Below are positions 6,224-15,329 of a stretch of 32,000 bases of DNA, piece by piece. Below the pieces are notes generated by a model. It saw only the letters and a list, made by a program, of their open reading frames with translations. It ran no database searches and was not told where the DNA came from. A program made the translations under genes and the position numbers. The stretch lies in contig NZ_JAKGAO010000007.1 in assembly GCF_021532315.1 (NCBI RefSeq), forward strand, positions 140,285-172,284, given 5' to 3'. Every line of letters begins with the position of its first letter. Positions within the stretch are counted from its first letter, which is position 1. The DNA is from Paenibacillus tarimensis. GTDB taxonomy: Bacteria; Bacillota; Bacilli; Paenibacillales; Paenibacillaceae.

Positions 6224-6403
6224 TTACTGTTCGGTCAGGCTGCGCAGCGGCACGCTCTGTTCGGCCTGAGGCTGATCCAGCGGAAAAATTCTCGCTGTCT
6301 CGGTTTCCTCGTCCACATGCTGGATGTATACCTGTTGTCCGTTATAGGTCACATTAGCCATTACGGGGGAGGCAGCAATTTCCTGGGCACGATAGATGTC
6401 CAT
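6224..6403 (-). CDS. sspH: Small acid-soluble spore protein, H-type
   Basis: From the internal ATG (6403) the 59-aa product is MDIYRAQEIAASPVMANVTYNGQQVYIQHVDEETETARIFPLDQPQAEQSVPLRSLTEQ. This matches the SspH pattern (M.I.RA.EI..SP....V.Y.G..VYI.HV.E...TA...PLD.P). The RBS GGAAGGG lies 9 nt upstream. The 27-aa N-terminal extension in the track is rejected. Confidence 0.75.
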   Translation of the reverse strand: MDIYRAQEIAASPVMANVTYNGQQVYIQHVDEETETARIFPLDQPQAEQSVPLRSLTEQ

Positions 6404-6435
6404 TCTGTTATTCCCTTCCATATGGAGTATTGGCA

Positions 6436-6465
6436 TAATGTGCGCGAATCGCAGCGTAAATATAC
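6436..6465 (-). promoter_or_regulatory. Candidate forespore sigma-G/F-type promoter of sspH
   Basis: On the minus strand, GTATA (6465-6461) is followed by an 18-nt spacer and CACATTA (6442-6436). This approximates the sigma-G consensus GNATR-N17-18-CATNNTA with one mismatch. Confidence 0.3.
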
Positions 6466-6508
6466 TGGCTCCTGCAATTATCATGAACTCATTTCCTTGG
6501 GGCAGCAG

Positions 6509-6556
6509 AAAAATAACGCCATCCTTGGCCTATCGGCTTGGGATGGCGTTATTTTT
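6509..6556 (-). terminator. Strong rho-independent terminator of the 1431-aa gene (symmetrical, could act in both directions)
   Basis: AAAAATAACGCCATCC (6509-6524) pairs with GGATGGCGTTATTTTT (6541-6556) as perfect 16-nt arms that include A/T runs on both sides. It lies 20 nt downstream of the minus-strand stop at 6576. Confidence 0.75.
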
Positions 6557-6575
6557 GTAAGCTCATGATGGTTTA

Positions 6576-9500
6576 TCAGTACACATCACCGCTGTACAAC
6601 GGTTCAACTTTCACTATCATACTGGCCCGGATTTCCGGTCTTGAAGCATCGGGACGATAGATAGCCGTAATGATGGTTGAGCCCCGCTTTAGACCAGTAA
6701 TTATGCCTGAATTTGTAAGACTTACAATACCGGAATCACTGCTGAGCCACTTGACCCCGGGCAGAATGCGGCTGCGCATGGATGCTGGAAGCACCTGCAG
6801 ATCCGGCCCCAGAGAATGGCTGCTTCCTTGTGTGATCGTTCGGCTTGCCGGCAGGCGAAGCCGGATGACGGTGCCCTCATACTCAGCTCTGAAGGCAGCG
6901 CCAGATGTCGTCTGAATATGGACAACAACGGTTACGCTCCCGGCATCATTGCCGGTCAAGCTGGCTGTTTGAGGGTCGGCAGGCGGGCTGCTTAGTGAAG
7001 CGGTCCGCGCAGCTTCCCCTTCCTTCAACGTCCATCTGATGCTTTGAATGCTGCCTGGCGGCAGAGGACTGCCTTGCCACTCCAGCCCCAGATTAATCGT
7101 CTCTCCTATGCCAAATGCATCATGCCCGGTAATGCGGACGCTGCGGTCGTTAATGACAACTGTATGCTCGGCTGTAATTTGGTCACCGGATGCAAGAACG
7201 CCGGTAACAACTACGGTTACGCTGCCGGCTTCCACTGCTTTTAATGTACTTTCCAGCCTTTCAGTGCCGGACGTCAGCCTGGCCTTGGAGGCATCCGAAA
7301 GTCCCTTTAAGGACCAGGTGACGGACTGCACCATAGCAGCTGGCAGCATAACTGGGTTTCCTTCCGTATCGATCCATTCCGCGCGAAGCCCGATCTGCTC
7401 GCCCTTGCCGGTCTCGGACGGACCGGCGATCCGCAGTCGGGGATTGACGATTGTGACGCTGTGCTCGTCAGAGTAGGTATGCTTCACAGCGCCGGTGGCG
7501 AGATCATAGGTCGTTGCCTGAACGACGACTGTTACGGTACCGGCCTTCGTGCCGGTCAGTTTGCGATCCCAGACACTACCGCTGTCCGCCTCGGCAATCG
7601 CCGCTTTCGTGCTGTCTGCCTCGTTCTTGAAGCTCCAAGTTACCGAATCAGCCTGAATCGTCTCATTCGCTGTTTGTCTTAGTACGGCCTGCAGCGGCAG
7701 GGCAGAGCCTACCGTCACGGTATTGCCGCCATTAATGCTAAGGCCTGTCTTCACGACATTTATGGCTGCTTGCGCGGTCAGGCCGCTTACAGCATCCCGT
7801 ACGGTTACGATAGCTGTACCGGGTGCGATGCCTTTCACAGTCCCGATCTCATTGATCTCGAGTACGCTGCGGTTGCTGGACTCCCAGGTGAAGATGGGAG
7901 AAGTAGCGTCTGCCGGACTGTATGAAGGATGCAGCGGCAATTCTTCGCCAACAGCTATCTCTGAGCCTGCGAGCGACAGCTTGTCGATCATCGTGATGGC
8001 CTGGAAGCTCAGGGGCTGGAAAGGAACGGTGATCGTTTGGGTCTCGCCAATATCCCGGAAGGACACCCGCGATTGATCCAATGTATAGTTGCCGTTGTTG
8101 ACGGCTCTAATGCCGACTTCGAAGCGGATCGGTTCAGCCGTGTACATGCTGCCGTCCTCCGAGAGTTGGTATGTTACATCGGGCAGAGTGCCGCTGATTG
8201 TATAGCCGGAATCTATACTCCCGGAGGTGCTCATCCATGAAGGCAGAGTGGTTATCTCAATGCCCTTAGGCATGGTCTCGCGGAAGGAGACTTGATGGAT
8301 GACAAGCTTATGCGGCTCCGTTGTAGAGTGTGCAGGTATGGGCATAGGCGTCAGCTGATAGTGCACGGTCAGCGGATCACCTTTTTCGGCCACCGGGCTT
8401 CCATTGCCGTCCGCACTTTCTCTCAGGCCTGACATGTGCCGGCTGACGGTAAGATTGGTTTCGATCTTCTTGATCTTGACCGGCACTTCCTTGATGGTCT
8501 TGGCTCCTTTCTTATCGCGCGCAATCACCTCTACGGTTAGATCGCCGCCTTGGGGCAGCGGATTCGTGAATGTCTGGGTCACGGTGGAGCCTGATAAGAC
8601 ATCCGCCTGCTGATACTTGCGCACAATTTGCCCGTTGTATTTGAAGTTAACCTCAACATATACGCGTGGGTCGGCCAAATCCCAGTCCTCAGGCTTGAAG
8701 CTTACTGCGATTCTCTGATAAGACGGAATATAATTGTCTTCCAGTTCCGTATAGGGGCGCGGCGTGAAGACAGTCAGCTTCGGCGCATGGTTCGAGCCGA
8801 TGAACGCCCGGTACATAGTATTGACGAACAGCTTTTCTTCCCAGTCGGGAAACGGGTCCGATAAGTAGCTGGTCTGGCTGTTCAGGAAGACGTGCCCGCT
8901 GCCCGAATAAGTGACATTGCCTTTGGAATACGTGTAGTAATGATTCCAGCTGTCATTAGGGTCCCGGCTTCCGCCCGAAATGTTATACCAGCTGATAATA
9001 CTGTCATCCTCCAGATCGAGGGTGAAATATTGATTGTGCGTTCTGGCAACCGAAGTGGCTGCATGGCTGATATTGAACGGATATTGCGTGAGCAGCCCAT
9101 CATTGACCTTTACGGTAGTCGTCGATGTCCTGGGGGCGGTTAGTCCCAGGTTGGTCTGTGTTCCCCTCTGCCCGGTCGTATCCTGGAAGTAGCGAATCCA
9201 GTTATTGTTGTCTCCAAAGACGGTGTCATGTGTGAACATAACGGCCTGGCCGGTGCCGATGAATGCGTTAACGGCTTCCGCCGCGGCATCGCTAATGCCG
9301 GAATAACGGTTGTATTCGTCGATAAATCCGAAGATCAGCATATCGTACCGGCCGTTCAATTCCCGATACCCGCCGCTGTTAAATTTGTTAAACTCCGTCA
9401 CGTCGATATGAATCTCAAATTCGCCCGCCTTCTTCAAGTAGGACTGCTTCAGTGTGGCGTCCCGCTGCAGGGAGCTGAACAGCTTGCCGTTTGGCATGAC

Positions 9501-10871
9501 CTGCAGCACGTTAACGACGGTCGTCTCATCCTTGAAGCGGATCACACCGCTCTGAAAATCCTTAAGCCTGCTGTTCTGGTCCACAAGCTCCAGCTTCCAA
9601 TAGTGGACACCGGAATAGCCCTTGGGCAGACGGTAGGTCAATTCGCCTTCTGGCCCGGTTACGGGTGTGGATGCTACCATCTGGTCGGGTGTGAACCGCA
9701 GCACCTGGTCCAATCCGATATACAGGTTGGCTGTTAGCCTCCGCTGGCTGAAGTCGGGGATATTGGCGGCGTTAAACTTGAAGGTGAGCGTATTGCCTGT
9801 GCTGTGAATGTAATCAGGATTCACGTTGTAATCAATGGGCCGCTCGCTTAGGACCAGCTTGGGCCGCTGCCGCAGGATTCGGCTATAGTTGTCCTCAGTC
9901 AACAGGCCGGCCAGACGGATGAGCCTGTCCTCGTTAATAAACAGAACATTGTCCCGGGCTTCTGAAGGCTTGCTGAAACGGCTGAACGTATTATAGAGCT
10001 TGCCCTTCTGTGGACTCTGGTAGAGAAGGCCGCTGCGCTGACCCGCATCACTGTAAAACATGACCAGCAGACCTTTATTAATATAATGCTGAATGATCTC
10101 ATTGGCCTTAAGCTGGGTGATGTCGTTCATTACATTCCGGGTATCATGCCAGCTCTCCCGGTTGGAAGAAGTTGTGACCGGAACAGTCTCCGGATTATAG
10201 CTGCCTTTGCCGATATAGATAGCATCATATTTGCCGTCCAGATCCCCGCGGAGTGCGACGAACCGTTTCATGCTCATTGTCTCTACCTCAATATAAGGGA
10301 CGGGACTGAGAATGGTTTGAATATCGGAGCTCCCGGTGTCAGTAATCTCCAGAATCTTGACGGGATGGTGCTCGGTCAGCTTGAAGCCGGTACATGCCCC
10401 GGCTGAGGTTTTGCTGGCGGCAAGCGGATAGGTGGTGCTGTCTAGCGACTTGTCCGCGCACACATATTTATTTTTGGAATCGATAAGGGATACCGTACCG
10501 TCTGTGTGATGGACTAGTGTGAACTGTTCCCGGGCTCCTATACTCGATGCAGCAGCTGTAAGCCGGCTTGAAGTGGAACTGACGCTCACATATTTGCCGT
10601 TACTCTCGGACTTTAGGGCAATACTGCCGCTGCTTAGCATGCTGAGTTCAAAAAGCTCGGCTGCCGCAGCATCCGTTGTGCTGGTGGATACGGCTGCTCC
10701 GTTACTGGTTATGGTTACGTATTTGGCGTTTATCTTCGCTTGAAGGGAGACAAGCTTACCTGTCCCGGCATGCACCTGACGCTCGCCAATTCCTGTGACT
10801 GCAAAGGCTGTGAAAATCATGCTGAGCGCAACTAGAAGGGTAAGCGGACGGTTGAACGTTCTTCTTCTCAT
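6576..10871 (-). CDS. Large secreted multidomain protein (1431 aa): signal peptide, beta-trefoil (fascin/ricin-like) module, two alpha/beta modules (DUF5057/ThuA-like by recollection), Ig-like region, five C-terminal Big_2-type Ig repeats
   Basis: The start is set at ATG 10871, preceded by AGGAGG at 6-nt spacing. The signal peptide is MRRRTFNRPLTLLVALSMIFTAFAVTGIGERQVHA. A threefold NGKYV/NKYV repeat pattern follows (AKYVTITSNG, NGKYVSVSS, KNKYVCADK). Two similar modules are present (KILEITD...LDGKYDAIYIG and VNVLQVMPNG...LNGRYDMLIFGF...GQAVMFTHDT). The C-terminal ~475 aa (nt ~6576-8005) form five ~95-aa repeats with Big_2 hallmarks (e.g. SNRSVLEINEIGTVKGIAPGTAIVTVRD; SSDSGIVSLTNSGIITGLKRGSTIITA). 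No LPXTG, SLH or choline-binding anchor is seen. Confidence 0.85.
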   Translation of the reverse strand: MRRRTFNRPLTLLVALSMIFTAFAVTGIGERQVHAGTGKLVSLQAKINAKYVTITSNGAAVSTSTTDAAAAELFELSMLSSGSIALKSESNGKYVSVSSTSSRLTAAASSIGAREQFTLVHHTDGTVSLIDSKNKYVCADKSLDSTTYPLAASKTSAGACTGFKLTEHHPVKILEITDTGSSDIQTILSPVPYIEVETMSMKRFVALRGDLDGKYDAIYIGKGSYNPETVPVTTSSNRESWHDTRNVMNDITQLKANEIIQHYINKGLLVMFYSDAGQRSGLLYQSPQKGKLYNTFSRFSKPSEARDNVLFINEDRLIRLAGLLTEDNYSRILRQRPKLVLSERPIDYNVNPDYIHSTGNTLTFKFNAANIPDFSQRRLTANLYIGLDQVLRFTPDQMVASTPVTGPEGELTYRLPKGYSGVHYWKLELVDQNSRLKDFQSGVIRFKDETTVVNVLQVMPNGKLFSSLQRDATLKQSYLKKAGEFEIHIDVTEFNKFNSGGYRELNGRYDMLIFGFIDEYNRYSGISDAAAEAVNAFIGTGQAVMFTHDTVFGDNNNWIRYFQDTTGQRGTQTNLGLTAPRTSTTTVKVNDGLLTQYPFNISHAATSVARTHNQYFTLDLEDDSIISWYNISGGSRDPNDSWNHYYTYSKGNVTYSGSGHVFLNSQTSYLSDPFPDWEEKLFVNTMYRAFIGSNHAPKLTVFTPRPYTELEDNYIPSYQRIAVSFKPEDWDLADPRVYVEVNFKYNGQIVRKYQQADVLSGSTVTQTFTNPLPQGGDLTVEVIARDKKGAKTIKEVPVKIKKIETNLTVSRHMSGLRESADGNGSPVAEKGDPLTVHYQLTPMPIPAHSTTEPHKLVIHQVSFRETMPKGIEITTLPSWMSTSGSIDSGYTISGTLPDVTYQLSEDGSMYTAEPIRFEVGIRAVNNGNYTLDQSRVSFRDIGETQTITVPFQPLSFQAITMIDKLSLAGSEIAVGEELPLHPSYSPADATSPIFTWESSNRSVLEINEIGTVKGIAPGTAIVTVRDAVSGLTAQAAINVVKTGLSINGGNTVTVGSALPLQAVLRQTANETIQADSVTWSFKNEADSTKAAIAEADSGSVWDRKLTGTKAGTVTVVVQATTYDLATGAVKHTYSDEHSVTIVNPRLRIAGPSETGKGEQIGLRAEWIDTEGNPVMLPAAMVQSVTWSLKGLSDASKARLTSGTERLESTLKAVEAGSVTVVVTGVLASGDQITAEHTVVINDRSVRITGHDAFGIGETINLGLEWQGSPLPPGSIQSIRWTLKEGEAARTASLSSPPADPQTASLTGNDAGSVTVVVHIQTTSGAAFRAEYEGTVIRLRLPASRTITQGSSHSLGPDLQVLPASMRSRILPGVKWLSSDSGIVSLTNSGIITGLKRGSTIITAIYRPDASRPEIRASMIVKVEPLYSGDVY

Positions 10872-11035
10872 GGAGTGCCTCCTATTTCGGATATCTCTAT
10901 GATAACGAATTCCAATATGCATAGACATAGTATAAAAGGACTAATAATAGGTGTATATACTCACGTGCTTGTAATATGGCTGTAAGAATTGTCGAAGACA
11001 AATTAAGATACAATATTTTTGGTTATTGTCTTGTC

Positions 11036-11064
11036 ATTAGCGACATTGTATAATGATCCTGATA
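11036..11064 (+). promoter_or_regulatory. Candidate sigma-A promoter of the pilB operon
   Basis: TTGTCT (11036-11041), a 17-nt spacer, then TATAAT (11059-11064), within the AT-rich divergent intergenic region. This would give a ~175-nt leader before pilB. Confidence 0.35.
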
Positions 11065-11244
11065 AAGATGACCAAAATGGAATATAATCATATTCGACAA
11101 TTTACTACAAAAAAATTCACTTAACACAGATCTTACAAAATTCTAACACATTCTAAATATTAGGTAGTTAAGACTAGTTTTCGAGGGGGTTCATTCCCGG
11201 CTTGTTAGACCGTTGTTAAAAGGTTAGAGGTAGGGGGACGGCAA

Positions 11245-12909
11245 ATGGCCATCGTGAAGAAAAGGCTGGGCGACCTTCTGGTGGAGAGCCGGATTATTTC
11301 GCAGGAGCAGCTGCAGGAAGCACTGGCAGAGCAGAGCAAGTCGAAGCAGAAGCTGGGTGACCTGCTCATAACCCAAGGCTACATAACGGAGCAGCAGCTG
11401 ATCGAGGTACTGGAATTTCAGCTGGGCATTCCGCATGTCAGCTTATACAAATATCAGATAGATCCTACGATTACTCAGATTATTCCGGAGAGCTTGGCGC
11501 GGCGTTATCAAGCAATACCGTTTCATAAGGAAGGCGGCAAGCTGATGGTCGCGATGGCGGACCCTCTGGATTATTTTGCCATTGAGGAGCTCCGCATGAG
11601 CACAGGGTTCAGAATTGAACCCGCTATCTCAAGCAAGGATGAGCTTCAGCGCGCCATAGCACGTCACTACGGCCTGCAGGATTCCATGAGCCAGATGATG
11701 GTCGAGCTTCCCAATCAGGAAGAGATCCGGGAGACGGAGATTACAGATGAGGACTCTCCTGTCGTGAGGCTGGTTAACCAGATGATTCAGCAGGCTGTGC
11801 AGCTGCAGGTTTCTGACATTCATGTGGACCCGGGGGAAGCCAATGTCGCTATCCGCTACCGGGTTGACGGCGTGCTTCGCACCGAGCGGATGATTCCAAA
11901 ACAGATGCAGGGCTTTATTACTGCACGGCTCAAGATTATGGCGAGACTGAATATTGCGGAGCGGAGACTGCCGCAGGATGGTCGGATTAAGATGCAGGTG
12001 GATTACAGGACAGTCGATATTCGGGTATCGACACTTCCTACCATCCATGGTGAGAAAATCGTGCTCCGGATTCTTGATCTGAGCATCGGTGTGAAGGCGC
12101 TGGATCACCTAGGCTTCGGTTCACGTAATCATCAAGCGTTCAAGAGCATGATCGAGAAGCCGTACGGCATCATTCTCATCACAGGACCCACAGGCAGCGG
12201 CAAGACGACTACGCTTTATTCGGCGCTGCATCACCTGAATCAGGAAGGTGTCAATATCATGACGCTGGAGGACCCGGTGGAGTACCAGCTGGAAGGGATT
12301 AACCAGGTGCATGTAAACCCGGGAATCGGACTTACTTTTGCCGCAGGGCTACGCTCGATACTGAGACAGGACCCGAATATCGTGATGGTCGGTGAAATCC
12401 GTGATACAGAAACGGCCGAGATGGCGATCCGGGCTTCGCTTACAGGGCATCTTGTATTATCTACACTGCATACGAATGATTCGATCAGCACCGTTACGCG
12501 TTTCCGTGACATGGGGGTCGAAACCTACCTGATCGCTTCTTCACTGGTAGGCGTTGTAGCCCAGCGGCTTGTCCGACGGATTTGTCCGGACTGCAAGACT
12601 GCCTATGAGCCTAGTGAGCAGGAAGCTATTTATATGAAGAGCCGCGGAATCACAGCTGACAAGCTGTACAAGGGAACCGGCTGCGGCAACTGCAACAAGA
12701 CAGGCTACCGCGGACGGCTTGCTGTCCATGAAGTGCTGGTTGTAGATGACCGGCTGAGGCAGCTGATTGCACAAGGAGCGACAATTCAGGAGCTCCGGGA
12801 GGAAGCAAAGGCGGCTGGCATGGTTCAGCTTATGGATGATGGTCTGGAGAAGGTGAAGCTTGGCGCGACAACACTGCAGGAAGTGCTGCGCGAGACGGTA
12901 TCAAATTGA
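11245..12909 (+). CDS. pilB: Type IV pilus assembly (extension) ATPase PilB (GspE family)
   Basis: An N-terminal MshEN/T2SSE_N-like repeat is present (LGDLLVESRIISQEQLQEAL...LGDLLITQGYITEQQL). So are Walker A GPTGSGKTTT, Asp box LEDPVEY, Walker B ILRQDPNIVMVGEIRD, His box TGHLVLSTLHTND and the tetracysteine motif CPDC...CGNC. Confidence 0.92.
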   Translation: MAIVKKRLGDLLVESRIISQEQLQEALAEQSKSKQKLGDLLITQGYITEQQLIEVLEFQLGIPHVSLYKYQIDPTITQIIPESLARRYQAIPFHKEGGKLMVAMADPLDYFAIEELRMSTGFRIEPAISSKDELQRAIARHYGLQDSMSQMMVELPNQEEIRETEITDEDSPVVRLVNQMIQQAVQLQVSDIHVDPGEANVAIRYRVDGVLRTERMIPKQMQGFITARLKIMARLNIAERRLPQDGRIKMQVDYRTVDIRVSTLPTIHGEKIVLRILDLSIGVKALDHLGFGSRNHQAFKSMIEKPYGIILITGPTGSGKTTTLYSALHHLNQEGVNIMTLEDPVEYQLEGINQVHVNPGIGLTFAAGLRSILRQDPNIVMVGEIRDTETAEMAIRASLTGHLVLSTLHTNDSISTVTRFRDMGVETYLIASSLVGVVAQRLVRRICPDCKTAYEPSEQEAIYMKSRGITADKLYKGTGCGNCNKTGYRGRLAVHEVLVVDDRLRQLIAQGATIQELREEAKAAGMVQLMDDGLEKVKLGATTLQEVLRETVSN

Positions 12910-12925
12910 CAGCGGAGGAGAAGGT

Positions 12926-14008
12926 ATGCCTCATTACATCGATGAAATAGCCGGGGGACAACAAGAAGACAGGGAGCGGTTGACAGCTCTGCTGCTAGCT
13001 GTGCATGAGGCAGGGGCATCCGACCTGCATCTGGCGGCCGGGTCGCCTCCAGTCATGCGTCGGCACGGGCAGCTTCAGCGAATAGGGCAGCAGCCGCTGA
13101 CAGCTGAGGCAATCAGCGGAATAGCGAGGGGGCTGCTTGAAGGGAAGCAGTGGGAACGATTTTGGGAGCTTGGAGAGATGGACTTTGCCTGGAAGCTTGA
13201 AGGTATATCCAGGTACAGGGTTATTGCCTACCTGCAGCGCGGACAGGTCAGCTTGGCGATCCGGACTATCCCGTTGGATATCCCTACACTGAGCTCCCTT
13301 GGCCTGCCCCCCGTTGTGGAGACGTTAGCTGGGAAGCCGCACGGACTGGTGTTGGTGACCGGCCCGACAGGCAGCGGCAAATCATCAACACTGGCAGCGA
13401 TGATCGACCATATTAACGGTACTCAGAAGAAGCATATCGTAACACTTGAGGATCCGGTGGAGTTCGTGCATCCGAACCGGTTGTCACTGATCCAGCAGCG
13501 TGAGGTGGGTCAGGATACCGGCAGCTTTGCCAGCGGACTGCGGGCTGCATTGAGGCAGGACCCGGATGTCATTCTTGTCGGAGAGATGCGTGATCCGGAA
13601 ACTATAGGGGCTGCGGTTACGGCGGCCGAAACCGGACATCTGGTGCTCGCAACGCTGCATACAACGGATGCGCCGCAGACAATTGACCGGATCATTGATG
13701 CTTTCCCGGCAGAGCAGCAGGCTCAGGTTCGAGGGCAGCTGGCAGCTGTACTGGCGGGGGTTATATCCCAGCGGCTGCTTCCCCGCCCGGATGGGTCAGG
13801 CCGCTGCTGTGCAGTCGAAATTATGATTAACACCCCGGCAGTCGCCAACCTGATTCGCACCGAGAAGAATCATCAGATTCGCAATGTGCTCCAGACAGGG
13901 CGGGCACAAGGAATGATTACGCTCGATATGTCCGTGCAGGAGCTTCTCCGGCAAGGCCTGGTTGAACCCATGGCCGCTAAGGCCTGCCTGACGGAAGGAG
14001 CGGTCTGA
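12926..14008 (+). CDS. pilT: Type IV pilus retraction (twitching motility) ATPase PilT
   Basis: ATG at 12926 follows GGAGGAG; the track start at 12860 lies inside pilB and is rejected. The 360-aa product has GPTGSGKSST, LEDPVEF, LRQDPDVILVGEMRD and TGHLVLATLHTTDA. It also has the PilT-type C-terminal motif AVANLIRTEKNHQIRN (compare AIRNLIREgK). Confidence 0.9.
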   Translation: MPHYIDEIAGGQQEDRERLTALLLAVHEAGASDLHLAAGSPPVMRRHGQLQRIGQQPLTAEAISGIARGLLEGKQWERFWELGEMDFAWKLEGISRYRVIAYLQRGQVSLAIRTIPLDIPTLSSLGLPPVVETLAGKPHGLVLVTGPTGSGKSSTLAAMIDHINGTQKKHIVTLEDPVEFVHPNRLSLIQQREVGQDTGSFASGLRAALRQDPDVILVGEMRDPETIGAAVTAAETGHLVLATLHTTDAPQTIDRIIDAFPAEQQAQVRGQLAAVLAGVISQRLLPRPDGSGRCCAVEIMINTPAVANLIRTEKNHQIRNVLQTGRAQGMITLDMSVQELLRQGLVEPMAAKACLTEGAV

Positions 14009-15216
14009 TGCCGGAGTTTGCCTATCACGTCAAGAGTGCTAGCGGCAAGCAGCTCAAGGGGCGAATGTCTGCTATGGACAAGTCGTCTGCGGTGGAGGAG
14101 CTGCGTAAGCGCGGACTTATCGTACTGTCACTTGATGAGAAGCGGAAGACGCTGCTGTCGACGGAGATTTATATCGGCAACCCGGTCAAGCCGCAGCATT
14201 TTATTATCTTTTGCCGGCAGCTCGCCACCTTGATCCGCGCAGGCGTTACGATCGTAGAAGCTTCCAGCATATTGGCCAGCCAGACAGAGAGTAAGCCGCT
14301 GAAGAAGGCGCTAATCGAAGTTCATGCCGGTCTGATGCGTGGTCATGCCTTCTCGCAGACCGTGCAGGAGCAGAAGAAGATTTTCCCGGCCATCTTTACG
14401 AGTATGATACGCGCTGGTGAGGAGACGGGTGATCTGGATGGGACGCTGGACAGGCTGGCGCGGTTCTTCGAGAAGCAGCATGCCACCCGGGAGAAAATCA
14501 AGTCAGCCCTCACCTACCCGATTGTTGTTGGTGTGCTAGCGCTCGCTGCGGTTGTGTACCTGCTGATTTCGGTTGTGCCGCAGTTTGTCCAGATGTTCGA
14601 GTCAATGGATGCAGAGCTGCCCGCGATAACGAAGCTGGTTCTCTCGCTCAGCAACAGTGTTGTCGATTACTGGTACTACTGGGTACTGACGGCAGTGGCA
14701 TTGCTCTCGGGCCTGTTGTTGATGAAGCGGAGCGACAAGGGGGCTTACTGGCTGGATTATGCCAAGCTGAAGATTCCGGTATTTGGCAAGCTGGCCCAGA
14801 AGGGCGCAATCGCGCAGATGTCTCGGACCCTTGCGTCGCTCTACGCGAGCTCGGTCCCGGTTCTGCAGTCGCTTGCGATTGTTGAGGAAGTGGTTGGCAA
14901 CAAGGTGATGGGACGCTATATCAGGCGTTCCGCTGATTCTCTTCGGCGGGGAAATCCGTTATCTGATCCGCTGAAGCAGGCTTGGGTATTCCCGCCGCTT
15001 GTGACCCAGATGATTGCGATTGGCGAGGAAACAGGCTCGCTCGACCAGATGCTGGCGAAAGTAGCGGACTTCTACGAGGCGGATGTGGACAACACCGTTG
15101 ACCGGCTGAAATCACTGATCGAGCCGCTGCTGCTGGTCTTCCTGGCGGGAGTCGTCGGCCTGATCGTCGCCGCCGTTATGCTGCCGATGTTCAGCATGTA
15201 CGAGCAGATGAGCTAG
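14008..15216 (+). CDS. pilC: Type IV pilus platform protein PilC (GspF family)
   Basis: A 402-aa protein with two GspF-type repeats (FCRQLATLIRAGVTIVEAS...; MSRTLASLYASSVPVLQSL...) and three TM segments. Its ATG overlaps the pilT stop (TGATG). Confidence 0.9.
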   Translation: MPEFAYHVKSASGKQLKGRMSAMDKSSAVEELRKRGLIVLSLDEKRKTLLSTEIYIGNPVKPQHFIIFCRQLATLIRAGVTIVEASSILASQTESKPLKKALIEVHAGLMRGHAFSQTVQEQKKIFPAIFTSMIRAGEETGDLDGTLDRLARFFEKQHATREKIKSALTYPIVVGVLALAAVVYLLISVVPQFVQMFESMDAELPAITKLVLSLSNSVVDYWYYWVLTAVALLSGLLLMKRSDKGAYWLDYAKLKIPVFGKLAQKGAIAQMSRTLASLYASSVPVLQSLAIVEEVVGNKVMGRYIRRSADSLRRGNPLSDPLKQAWVFPPLVTQMIAIGEETGSLDQMLAKVADFYEADVDNTVDRLKSLIEPLLLVFLAGVVGLIVAAVMLPMFSMYEQMS

Positions 15217-15329
15217 CAGAGCGGCGCGGGGCAGGGCAGGAATAGGAATTGTAACATGGATTGGAAGTATGAATTCGTTTGGACCGGACTTATAAGTCTG
15301 TTCAATTATATAAGAGAGGAAGATTTAAT

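Noticed and set aside
6059-6568. 169-aa plus-strand ORF spanning the amidase end, sspH and two terminators
   Set aside because: It overlaps the amidase C-terminus out of frame. It runs antisense through the well-supported sspH and crosses two terminator hairpins. It is not credible as a gene.
11065-11244. c-di-GMP (GEMM-I/II) or other riboswitch in the pilB leader
   Set aside because: I could not find the conserved cores by eye. This is a weak negative, and an Infernal scan would be decisive.
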